A DNA stretch of 64,000 bases, taken from a virus. Below, in pieces: positions 35,219 through 43,479 of the stretch (position 1 is its first letter; each line of letters begins with the position of its first letter). The notes beneath the pieces are model-generated. The model ran no database searches. It had not been told where the DNA came from and saw nothing but the letters and a program-made list of their open reading frames with translations. Made by a program: the position numbers and the translations under genes. The stretch covers positions 64,001 to 128,000 of IMG/VR virus record IMGVR_UViG_3300045988_155520; one strand, 5' to 3'.

Positions 35219-35730
35219 CGAATTTTATTTACATGTCTTTTATTCTTATTTTCTTCAAGGCGTATTTTTTGTCCTTGTATTTTGAGTCTACTTTTGAGTG
35301 TTTTCATGACTTCTTCAGGTCGTTTTCTAATATCACTCTCCCATATTCTCAAAAGAGGTATACCATGCATTAAAGCCCACTCATTTTTCTTTTTATCCAC
35401 CCATAAATCATGCTTCTGTGTTGGTGTCAATTTTTTACCTTCATAAATCTCTGGATTGACGTGATAATAATCACCATCGACTTCGATTAGTAGATTATGG
35501 TCTGGTAGATAAAAATCATAACTCCTTTGTATGTCTTTTGCTTCAAACTGCCACTGATATTTGATTTTAAGCTTCTTTAGAAATTCTGTTTCAAAATATT
35601 TTTCTAATTTACTTGTACCAAATTTAGGATGAGTTCTTAATGGTTTCCCATTAGATTTTCTCATCCTTGTTTTGGTTTTTTTTCGACTCTTATTATCTGT
35701 CTTTCTAATTGGTTGTTTCATTTTTACCAA
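35215..35730 (-). CDS. Vsr/DUF559-like PD-(D/E)XK endonuclease; candidate free-standing homing endonuclease
   Basis: Basic N-terminus (KSRKKTKTRMRKSNGKPLR), then SKLEKYFETEFLKKLKIKYQWQFEAKDIQRSYDFYLPDHNLLIEVDGDYYH...WVDKKKNEWALMHGIPLLRIWESDI. This is the DUF559/Vsr-like pattern (y.vDF......l.iEvDG..H......D..k...l...G...lRiwe.di). Confidence 0.6.
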   Translation of the reverse strand: MVKMKQPIRKTDNKSRKKTKTRMRKSNGKPLRTHPKFGTSKLEKYFETEFLKKLKIKYQWQFEAKDIQRSYDFYLPDHNLLIEVDGDYYHVNPEIYEGKKLTPTQKHDLWVDKKKNEWALMHGIPLLRIWESDIRKRPEEVMKTLKSRLKIQGQKIRLEENKNKRHVNKIR

Positions 35731-36425
35731 TATATTCTTGTCTTGAATGGGTCTTGGACATCTTTAGCTGAGATAGAAATATTATCTGAACGTTTGTTAT
35801 TACCAAACAAATCCAAATTAGATGACATCTTATTAATTTCTAATACTGGTGCTTTATATTCTAACTTTTCATAACCTATAGTAATATTAAACTCTCGTTC
35901 TTTAGTACTATCTGCTGTACATTTATTACCATAATAATTGGTAATTTTACACCCTGTATAGTGTTCTATATAGGCAAGTGAACCTCGTTTATCATACCAT
36001 TCTATATCAAAATCAAATGGCGTATTAATATATTTTTCTATTTCACGTCCAAGTATTTCAATATAACCATTTTTACGTTTAACATAATCACTCACACCTA
36101 AATGTAGATGTTTAAATATCGTATCAGCTTCAATATCTTTTATATAGTCAGAATCTATTTTGATTGTATTAGGAAACTTGACTTGATATGCATTAGACAT
36201 AATTTTTTCAGAAGATATATCACGCACAAATTCTTTATCTTTCCATGTTGAAAGTCTATTTAAAATTTCAATTTCCTTACGCAACATTTCTATTTGATGT
36301 TCAATTTCAGAACAGTCCTCTCTATCTGCACCACGCAAAAGCATATCCATTCTGGTCTTATTGTACATCTTTAAACTATTTTCTTTAATATTCATTTCTT
36401 TTTTTAATTCGTCAGCTGTAAACAT
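35724..36425 (-). CDS. Hypothetical protein (233 aa), tail module
   Basis: ORF downstream of the tube gene terminator/motif region. No motif recognised. Confidence 0.55.
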   Translation of the reverse strand: MFTADELKKEMNIKENSLKMYNKTRMDMLLRGADREDCSEIEHQIEMLRKEIEILNRLSTWKDKEFVRDISSEKIMSNAYQVKFPNTIKIDSDYIKDIEADTIFKHLHLGVSDYVKRKNGYIEILGREIEKYINTPFDFDIEWYDKRGSLAYIEHYTGCKITNYYGNKCTADSTKEREFNITIGYEKLEYKAPVLEINKMSSNLDLFGNNKRSDNISISAKDVQDPFKTRIYW

Positions 36426-36482
36426 AACAATATATTTTATATAAAATATAGCAAAAAATACGATTATGTCAACTATAAAAAT

Positions 36483-36525
36483 GATAAAAGAGTTTGATTA
36501 GATTAAAAAACTATATCAAACTCTT
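36483..36525 (-). terminator. Intrinsic terminator downstream of the tail tube gene
   Basis: 11-bp stem aagagtttgat (36488-36498) / atcaaactctt (36515-36525), then UUUAUCAUUUUU on the minus strand. Confidence 0.6.
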
Positions 36526-36534
36526 AAATTTCTT

Positions 36535-37023
36535 TTAGTATGCGAGAATTGCGTAATCAAATCTTAATGTCATTGAAATATCCGCAAGGTCATCCTGACT
36601 GTAATCCAAATCACCAAAATCGCAATCTGTTACCATAGTGTTTTTCAGAATCCACTTAGATACAACAACACCAGTCGGGTCAAGCATCTCTAACTCTACA
36701 TCACGTTTATAACCTGCTGCATAGCCCTGTCGTCCACTAACTGACTCAGAGTGCAAACGAACCCACTCCATTACAGCCTGTGAAGCTGACGGACCAATAG
36801 GGTCACGTAATTTTACCTGCATGTTATCCCATGTGTAATGTCCGATTACCCATGTTGATGTGTTGAGGAACTGAATTTCTTTCTCATTCTGCTTAATTGA
36901 AGGACGTTTCGCAGAAGCAATCCACCACTCTTGTATACCTAAATCTGCAGGAAATCTAAGCAACCATCGGTTTTTTCTTAATGGCTCATAATTAAGAGGC
37001 ATTTTAAGCAATAAATCACTCAT
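36535..37023 (-). CDS. Tail tube protein
   Basis: 162 aa. PLNYEPLRKNRWLLRFPADLG... has the N-terminal flavour of tube proteins (P..nRf.v.f). Size, position after the sheath gene and a dedicated terminator are consistent with a highly expressed tube subunit. Confidence 0.55.
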   Translation of the reverse strand: MSDLLLKMPLNYEPLRKNRWLLRFPADLGIQEWWIASAKRPSIKQNEKEIQFLNTSTWVIGHYTWDNMQVKLRDPIGPSASQAVMEWVRLHSESVSGRQGYAAGYKRDVELEMLDPTGVVVSKWILKNTMVTDCDFGDLDYSQDDLADISMTLRFDYAILAY

Positions 37024-37123
37024 CGAAATATAAATTAATAATATTATTATTTATTTTTTTAATATAAATATTATGATTCGTGTTTTTTAACTAAAATAAC
37101 TTGTGATATATTTCTAAAATAAT

Positions 37124-37131
37124 TATTTTTG
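37124..37131 (+). promoter_or_regulatory. Candidate -7 box TATTTTTG
   Basis: TAnnTTTG match 25 nt upstream of the GTG at 37157. I saw no consensus-spaced -33 TTTG. Confidence 0.3.
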
Positions 37132-37156
37132 CATATATTTTATAAAAACAAGAATA

Positions 37157-39061
37157 GTGGATAGAGAAGAATTTATAAAAAGGTCGAAATTAGTATGGGG
37201 TGATAATATGTTTGATTATCGAGATGTCGTATATGTTAACACGTCTACTCCTGTTGTCCTATGGTATAATGGTGTTAAGTTTACTCAGCGACCTAAACAT
37301 CATTTAGCACATAGGAAACCTCTTTGTATGTCTGAAAAAAAGAAACATACAAGGGAGGAACTTATTGATAAGTTTAATAAAGTCCATAATTCCAAATACA
37401 CTTATGGTGAGTTTGTGTATAAAAATGCAAAAGAGAAGAATATACCCGTTTACTGTCATAATAAAGATAAATATGGTAATGAACATGGTATATGGTATAC
37501 TAATGCGACAAATCATCTCTCTGGATATGGTTGTCCGAAATGTAAATCTGATAAACTTTCTTCTACGTTCTCATCCAATAAAGAAGAATTTATAAGAAAG
37601 GCTAAACTTATACATGGAAATAAGTATGATTACTCTAAAATTATCTATATAAACAATTCTACTCCAGTTGAAATAGTTTGTCCTCAACATGGTTCTTTTA
37701 ATCAACTCCCTCATAATCATTTACAAGGCAAAGGTTGTCCTAAATGTATAGAAAGTAAACTTGAGGAAACTGTTAGAGCATTCTTAGAAGAGAACTCTAT
37801 AGAATTTAAGCAATATTATCATACTAATTGGTTAAAGCGTCAATCTTTGGATTTCTTTTTACCCCAATACAATTGTGCCATAGAATGTCAGGGCGAACAA
37901 CATTATAAAGAAGGATATTTTGGTGTAACATTAGAGAGTATTCAGGCATTAGATAAGACAAAATACTTGTTGTGTAAGAAGAATAAAGTATACTTATACT
38001 ATTTTGCTTCCGAAAAGTATAATATGGATGTATATACGAATATATCAGAACTATTTAATGATATTACTGGTAATTGTGTTTTCAAAGATAAAAATTTAAA
38101 CATTGTTAAGAATTTTCTTGCTACATTAAAGTGTAACTTCACTTATTCAATCAATAAAATTCATCATTCAGATGATTTTATAACCATACAGGATAGATTC
38201 TATTCTGAGGAAAATAAATTGATGATAATCTATGTGAATAGTTATGACCACCGTAAACGTTTTGCAAAATATAATTATAATGAGGGTATCTCACAAGACT
38301 ATTTTATAAATGAATCAAAGAAATACGAAAAAGACGGAATAAAATGTATATGGATAAAAGATTATGAGCTAAATGATAGTAGTACTTTAAAAGATGATAA
38401 TGGAAAATATCATTATGATTATCATCGTAAATGGGAAGTAATAAAATCTTACATTAAATATAGTGTTAATGAATGTCCTAATACATTATATGCACGTGAT
38501 TGTGAAGTACATGAAGTAAGTAATCAAGAACTAAAAGTATTCTTAGAAAAGAACTCATTACTTGGTTATAAATCGTCATCGGTGAACCTTGGATTATATT
38601 TGAAACGTGATAAAGGCACGCTTAAAAAAGGAACACTTGTAATGGTTTATACCTTTGGTGTTAATTACTTTAGTAGTACATCTGATAAACAGAATGTAGA
38701 AGTTATACGGGCTTCCACACTTATTGATTATCACATTAATGGTGGCGCAAGTAAACTAATGAAACACTTCTTTAAAAATTATTCAGTAATAAAAGTCAAA
38801 AATAAATTAATTAATACTGATTCTATCATTTATTATGTTGATGCCGACCATAATAATGGAAGTACGTTAGATTGTTTAGGATTTTCTCTTGTTTCGTGGA
38901 AAAGTGGATTTGTATATGTTAATTCAAATAAAATAACATCCCAAATGAGGAACCCATCAAAGTATAAAGAAATGCAAGAATCTTTGATGTCACATAAGTT
39001 TTTTGTTTCCCCTACAGCTGGCACCAAAGTCTATAAATTAATAAAAGCAGAAGATGTTTAA
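37157..39061 (+). CDS. Multidomain homing-endonuclease-like protein: three N-terminal repeats (two ending in CPKC), a Vsr/DUF559-like nuclease core, and a conserved C-terminal domain of unknown function
   Basis: Repeats: REEFIKRSKLVWGDNMFDYRDVVYVNTSTPV... / REELIDKFNKVHNSKYTYGEFVYKN...HLSGYGCPKC / KEEFIRKAKLIHGNKYDYSKIIYINNSTPVEIVCPQHGSFNQLPHNHLQGKGCPKC. Then SKLEETVRAFLEENSIEFKQYYHTNWLKRQSLDFFLPQYNCAIECQGEQHY, which aligns with the core of ORF 35215..35730. It is the only plus-strand gene between tube and sheath. Confidence 0.55.
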   Translation: MDREEFIKRSKLVWGDNMFDYRDVVYVNTSTPVVLWYNGVKFTQRPKHHLAHRKPLCMSEKKKHTREELIDKFNKVHNSKYTYGEFVYKNAKEKNIPVYCHNKDKYGNEHGIWYTNATNHLSGYGCPKCKSDKLSSTFSSNKEEFIRKAKLIHGNKYDYSKIIYINNSTPVEIVCPQHGSFNQLPHNHLQGKGCPKCIESKLEETVRAFLEENSIEFKQYYHTNWLKRQSLDFFLPQYNCAIECQGEQHYKEGYFGVTLESIQALDKTKYLLCKKNKVYLYYFASEKYNMDVYTNISELFNDITGNCVFKDKNLNIVKNFLATLKCNFTYSINKIHHSDDFITIQDRFYSEENKLMIIYVNSYDHRKRFAKYNYNEGISQDYFINESKKYEKDGIKCIWIKDYELNDSSTLKDDNGKYHYDYHRKWEVIKSYIKYSVNECPNTLYARDCEVHEVSNQELKVFLEKNSLLGYKSSSVNLGLYLKRDKGTLKKGTLVMVYTFGVNYFSSTSDKQNVEVIRASTLIDYHINGGASKLMKHFFKNYSVIKVKNKLINTDSIIYYVDADHNNGSTLDCLGFSLVSWKSGFVYVNSNKITSQMRNPSKYKEMQESLMSHKFFVSPTAGTKVYKLIKAEDV

Positions 39062-39080
39062 TTGTCTTCTGCTTTCTTTA
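39042..39080. terminator. Hairpin terminator between convergent genes
   Basis: 11-bp stem aaagcagaaga (39042-39052) / tcttctgcttt (39063-39073) overlapping the plus-strand gene stop. A T-rich tail follows on the plus strand. Confidence 0.55.
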
Positions 39081-39082
39081 TT

Positions 39083-39433
39083 TTAGCCAACACTTGCATT
39101 ATCTTTTTCAGAAACTGCCTTGTCACACATCAACCATATTTTCTTATAGAATTGGTATAATTCAGAATCTACATTTTCAGCATACTCTTGTAAGCCTTCT
39201 AATGCTACTTCACGTATTCTTGCGATTCTGTCATCTTGTTGTGACAAATCTTGTCCATTCATATCATCATTTTGTGCATTTCCCTCTTCTCCTTCAAATT
39301 CTTCCTGAGCTGGGATTTCTTCATCATTAAACTGTTCTTCGTCACTAAAATCAAATGCTTCCTGAAGTATTTTAGCTGACTTATTCAAGTCACGTAATGT
39401 TCTTTCTAAAAAAGTTGTTTTATTTTTTTTCAT
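39083..39433 (-). CDS. Small acidic protein (116 aa)
   Basis: I moved the start to MKKNKTTFLER (ATG 39433). The track's longer version would read through the sheath terminator and overlap the sheath stop. It contains EEQFNDEEIPAQEEFEGEEGNAQNDDMNGQD. Confidence 0.5.
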   Translation of the reverse strand: MKKNKTTFLERTLRDLNKSAKILQEAFDFSDEEQFNDEEIPAQEEFEGEEGNAQNDDMNGQDLSQQDDRIARIREVALEGLQEYAENVDSELYQFYKKIWLMCDKAVSEKDNASVG

Positions 39434-39461
39434 ATTAAAATGCAGTTTATTATAAATATCA

Positions 39462-39499
39462 ATAAAAAATAAAAAAGGAGAACCAATACGATTCTCCTT
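39462..39499 (-). terminator. Intrinsic terminator downstream of the tail sheath gene
   Basis: Stem aaggagaa (39475-39482) / ttctcctt (39492-39499). The minus-strand transcript continues UUUUUUAUUUUUU. Confidence 0.65.
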
Positions 39500-39518
39500 C
39501 TCTATTAATATAATATGT

Positions 39519-42500
39519 TTAGATATCATCAAATGATGCGCCCTCTGGAGTGAGGATAAAGTCTATTGTGATATACTCTAATGCACCATAAGGTTTGAAG
39601 AATATCTTAGCAGGCAACTCTCTTCTTTCACGTGATTCTACGGTATCATTTACCTCGATACGATAATCAGAAATACCTCTGTTGTTTCTAATATTATCCA
39701 GAATTGGAGTTACTGTTGACAAGAAAGTATTCTTACTTGTTGTATCATTAGGGTCGAAAATAAGACCTATACATGATATAGAGATAAGCTTTCTTAATCT
39801 TAACAATAAACGTCTAACAGCGATTCTGTTGAGCTGAGATTCACGCTTCTGAAGGTTCTTCTGACCCCAAATCTTAACACCGTCTGTTGCGAATGTCTTA
39901 ACAGGGTTAATTCTACCTTCGTACAGTTTATCCTCATCACCATTCTTAGTAATAGTTCTTGCTCTTACACATTCAACATTACCACGGTTAATACCTGCTG
40001 GTGCAAACCAAGGCTGATACTGATTATCTGTCTGAGCGAAGTTTCTTACAGCGTCTTTTGTTGCAGGGAGGTATATGTACTGATTATTATCTTGGTCAAA
40101 GTACTTAATCCAAGGATAATATGTACAAGCATAATTTGAGTCAATCTCCATATCCTCAAGATTATATACTGCTTCCTCTGCGCTGTACATTTCGTCTGTA
40201 AAGTCACTTGCGCCAGATGGTTTATCAGGAGTTGTAATCACATAGATTGAGTCAGCTCTCTCTTCCTCAATCATATCAATTGCTTCCTCTACTAATAACT
40301 TCTGATTAACATAGTCAATACCAGGAGTTGCAAATATATTGATATCTGTTTCCTCTGGATTAGCAAACTGTCTAATTGCAGATAAGTAAGCATACCAGTC
40401 TGATGTTATACCATTCTGATTCAATTTCAGTGACTTAGGATTCTGTATCTTGTCAAATGCATAACCTGCGCCACTATTTGCATCATAAGTACCTTTATAT
40501 CTTGATAATTTAAACTCATTGGTATTAGTTCTCTTATCACGATAAACATCCCATCCGTCGAAACCACCATAGAAATAAGTGGTGAACTTTCTCATATTAG
40601 CATTTTCATAAATTGAACCTGCCATTTGTTCCTCTGTACCGATGACTGGTGTCTCAGGTAAGTTTCTTGTTCTTGCATTTGTGCTAACAGCATCAAACTT
40701 ATAACCTTTTTCACCATCTACAGTTACATTAACAACGTGTTCTTTATCATCGAATGCTTTTGAATTGATACGAGAGTCGAGGTGGAAACCCTTTGTTAAG
40801 AGTGCAGGTACACCATCAACATAAGCTGCATTACCTTTAAATGTAAACATGTCAATATCTACACCTACCCAGCTTGAAAGACCGAAGTACTGTTTTCTAT
40901 TCTTAACTTCCTCATCATAGTCAAGGTTGTATCTGAGTTTAGGCTGCTCTATGTCATCATGAGCGTCACCATCTACAATTTGTACACCTGAGTAAGCTTG
41001 CTGAGGATACCCAAGGAAACCAGCAGGTACTGAAGTTCTTGCTGCTGTTGTCTCATTTACCTCAATAGTCACATATTTAGACTTTGTTTCATAAACACCA
41101 TCAAATGAACCAATTCTGTAAGCAACGTAGTCGCTCTGACCAGGAATCATAGAACATCTACCAAAGCGTTCGTAAACTCGTGGTGCTTCATCGGTATCAT
41201 TAATATCTCTAATTACAACATCGAATCGACCCTCGTCTGGACGGATATTCTCAATAGAAACTTTAACTTCGTTGTTAGAACTGTCACCGTCAGAGATAGT
41301 GTGGAATCTAAACAACTTGTTTACTTCCATTTTGTTGTAATCACCTTTCAAGTTAGAAACAATCCAAGGTGTTGATGCATAACGATAAGCTGACTTATAA
41401 TCATTCATATCGCATGCTGCAAATGTTATATCATCATTGGCTGTATTCATACGCCAATACATACCATCTGAACTATTCTTTACAAGTGTTCTCTTTGTTA
41501 CCTGAGTTGTTGCACCCTCTTCTGGATTTCTTAACTTATCGTACATAGGTGCTGTGTTTAAATCTCCACCTTTCTCACCCTTTGCTGTACGTTTTGCTTT
41601 CCAATCTTTCTCATAAAGTTCAACTGACTCAGCTAAATTGTAAGCATAGAAGTAATGTCTCTTACCATCAGTACCAGTATATTGTGCTACAGTGTAAATC
41701 TGTCCAGGTTCAACAATTACTTTTACAGGCTCTTGCATTGCTGCAGCATATGCAGCTTTACCAGCTTCTGTAGTTTTGTCGAATTTAGTTTCATCTGGTT
41801 TACCTACAATTCTATTATCAGGAATACTTGCAATGGCAACTGAAAGTCCATCTTTTTCAAGTTTCTTTGAGGCTAACTGTTCATATGTAATAGGCTGACC
41901 AGTTATATAGTTATAAGGATGTGCATGGATAGCCTGTCTTGTGCCATCTTTAGCTGCAACGCTTGCTCTCTTATCAGCCAAATATCTCAAACCAACATGT
42001 CGTCTTGTCAGACCCTCCTCCTGAAGTTCGATTAAACCAGATACCGCCTCAAGACCATTATAATCGTTGGTGTAATATACCTGATAAGCCTCAAGAGAGT
42101 TTGAAATAGCACTGATAGTACCCTCTACAATACCCTGCTGTAAAGATACATCGTAAAGTGTCTCTACAAATACAGGTGCATCACCGTCTTGTGCCTTGTT
42201 GCCTAATACGTTCAGAATATACTCTTTATCAGAAGGATTCAATGAAACTGGATATTCAAAATATCCGTCAGGATGTTTACCTTTCTCAACTTCTCCCCAT
42301 AAAGTAGTCAATTGTTCCTCTGTATGTGCGCCTAAGAAACCTGCTATTTTAAAACGTCCATAATTTAAGGTGTTAACTTGGAAACTTGAAGTATCTGGAC
42401 TTAAACCAAAACCTGAACATTCGTTACCAAGTGAATAAAGAGGCACATATGGTAATATTCTAAGTGCATCCATATTATACTTTCTTGGTGCTTTACAATC

Positions 42501-43022
42501 ATCAGCCTGTGTAGCTGCTGTTTCACCAACATTATATGTCAAAACATCATAAGAATTTGATGAACAAACACAAGTATCATCATTTGATGTTGACTTCATA
42601 TATGGATGATATGAACCACGAGAGCGAAGAACAGCAACTACCATCTTGCTTCCTCTTTCTGCATCATTTACGATTTCTCTATCAGCTGTAATTAACCATG
42701 CTGGACCAGCATTGTATCCACTAAGACCCAATACACGCACGAATTTCAGATTCTCTGATTCTGATAAATATGATTTTGCAATATATGGTGCTTCGTACTT
42801 AGGGTATTGACTTCCCTTAAATTTCTCTGTACTTGTACCACCAAATACCTCTTTGTATTCTCTCCAGTTTGGTGTATCAATTGCTTGGAAAGCAGGACCA
42901 CGCAAAGATTCTCCTACGAGTCCTAACTTTGTGATACCAAGACTCTTAACAGCATAGGTCATATCTATTTCACGACCATAAATACCAGGAGAAACGTGTA
43001 TACCTCTTGCATTATCTGCCAT
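39519..43022 (-). CDS. Contractile tail sheath protein (unusually long, 1167 aa)
   Basis: N-terminal GIHVSPGIYGREIDMTY and C-terminal YYPWIKYFD...WFAPAGINRGNV...RINPVKTFATDGVKIWGQKNLQ are classic sheath signatures (PGVY..EiD; ..P.G...G......iNpi......g..vwG.rTl). Confidence 0.85.
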   Translation of the reverse strand: MADNARGIHVSPGIYGREIDMTYAVKSLGITKLGLVGESLRGPAFQAIDTPNWREYKEVFGGTSTEKFKGSQYPKYEAPYIAKSYLSESENLKFVRVLGLSGYNAGPAWLITADREIVNDAERGSKMVVAVLRSRGSYHPYMKSTSNDDTCVCSSNSYDVLTYNVGETAATQADDCKAPRKYNMDALRILPYVPLYSLGNECSGFGLSPDTSSFQVNTLNYGRFKIAGFLGAHTEEQLTTLWGEVEKGKHPDGYFEYPVSLNPSDKEYILNVLGNKAQDGDAPVFVETLYDVSLQQGIVEGTISAISNSLEAYQVYYTNDYNGLEAVSGLIELQEEGLTRRHVGLRYLADKRASVAAKDGTRQAIHAHPYNYITGQPITYEQLASKKLEKDGLSVAIASIPDNRIVGKPDETKFDKTTEAGKAAYAAAMQEPVKVIVEPGQIYTVAQYTGTDGKRHYFYAYNLAESVELYEKDWKAKRTAKGEKGGDLNTAPMYDKLRNPEEGATTQVTKRTLVKNSSDGMYWRMNTANDDITFAACDMNDYKSAYRYASTPWIVSNLKGDYNKMEVNKLFRFHTISDGDSSNNEVKVSIENIRPDEGRFDVVIRDINDTDEAPRVYERFGRCSMIPGQSDYVAYRIGSFDGVYETKSKYVTIEVNETTAARTSVPAGFLGYPQQAYSGVQIVDGDAHDDIEQPKLRYNLDYDEEVKNRKQYFGLSSWVGVDIDMFTFKGNAAYVDGVPALLTKGFHLDSRINSKAFDDKEHVVNVTVDGEKGYKFDAVSTNARTRNLPETPVIGTEEQMAGSIYENANMRKFTTYFYGGFDGWDVYRDKRTNTNEFKLSRYKGTYDANSGAGYAFDKIQNPKSLKLNQNGITSDWYAYLSAIRQFANPEETDINIFATPGIDYVNQKLLVEEAIDMIEEERADSIYVITTPDKPSGASDFTDEMYSAEEAVYNLEDMEIDSNYACTYYPWIKYFDQDNNQYIYLPATKDAVRNFAQTDNQYQPWFAPAGINRGNVECVRARTITKNGDEDKLYEGRINPVKTFATDGVKIWGQKNLQKRESQLNRIAVRRLLLRLRKLISISCIGLIFDPNDTTSKNTFLSTVTPILDNIRNNRGISDYRIEVNDTVESRERRELPAKIFFKPYGALEYITIDFILTPEGASFDDI

Positions 43023-43168
43023 AATATTATATCTATTTTAAAAATTATTTTATTTTTTCAACCACTATTTTATTAAAAAGTGTCATTATTGTTCTTTTAT
43101 ATAAATATTGTATTTCATTCAATAGTACATTATATAAGAGAAAAAATATGAATCGTTATATTTATAAT

Positions 43169-43474
43169 CTAATTCGCTTTATCCTTTTTGGTTTTTAATT
43201 CTATTAAATTTAAAAAATTGATATATTTTTGTACATTTAATTCAAATTTATTCTTCGATAATTTATCTTTATATTCACTAAGTAATTTAGTATCATGATA
43301 TTTCTCTCCGTATTCTATTTGCAAATTAAAAAACAATTCAGTAATTTCTCCGATTTCTTTAATTAACCCCTTTAGAGTTATCATATCATTAAAATCCAAA
43401 ACAAATTTATAGCTATCTTCTATTTCTAATAGTGTTTTTTCTAATTTGATAGCATCTTTTATCGTAACAATCAT
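43169..43474 (-). CDS. Small helical hypothetical protein (101 aa)
   Basis: ORF 5 nt downstream of the preceding gene. No motif recognised. Confidence 0.45.
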   Translation of the reverse strand: MIVTIKDAIKLEKTLLEIEDSYKFVLDFNDMITLKGLIKEIGEITELFFNLQIEYGEKYHDTKLLSEYKDKLSKNKFELNVQKYINFLNLIELKTKKDKAN

Positions 43475-43479
43475 ATAAT

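Noticed and set aside
43094-43109. Calling the AT-rich motif a bona fide T4-type late promoter (TATAAATA).
   Set aside because: For minus-strand genes the coding-strand reading is TATTTATAT, the complement orientation of TATAAATA. No gp55/gp33 homologue is in the window. I report it only as an unassigned recurrent motif.
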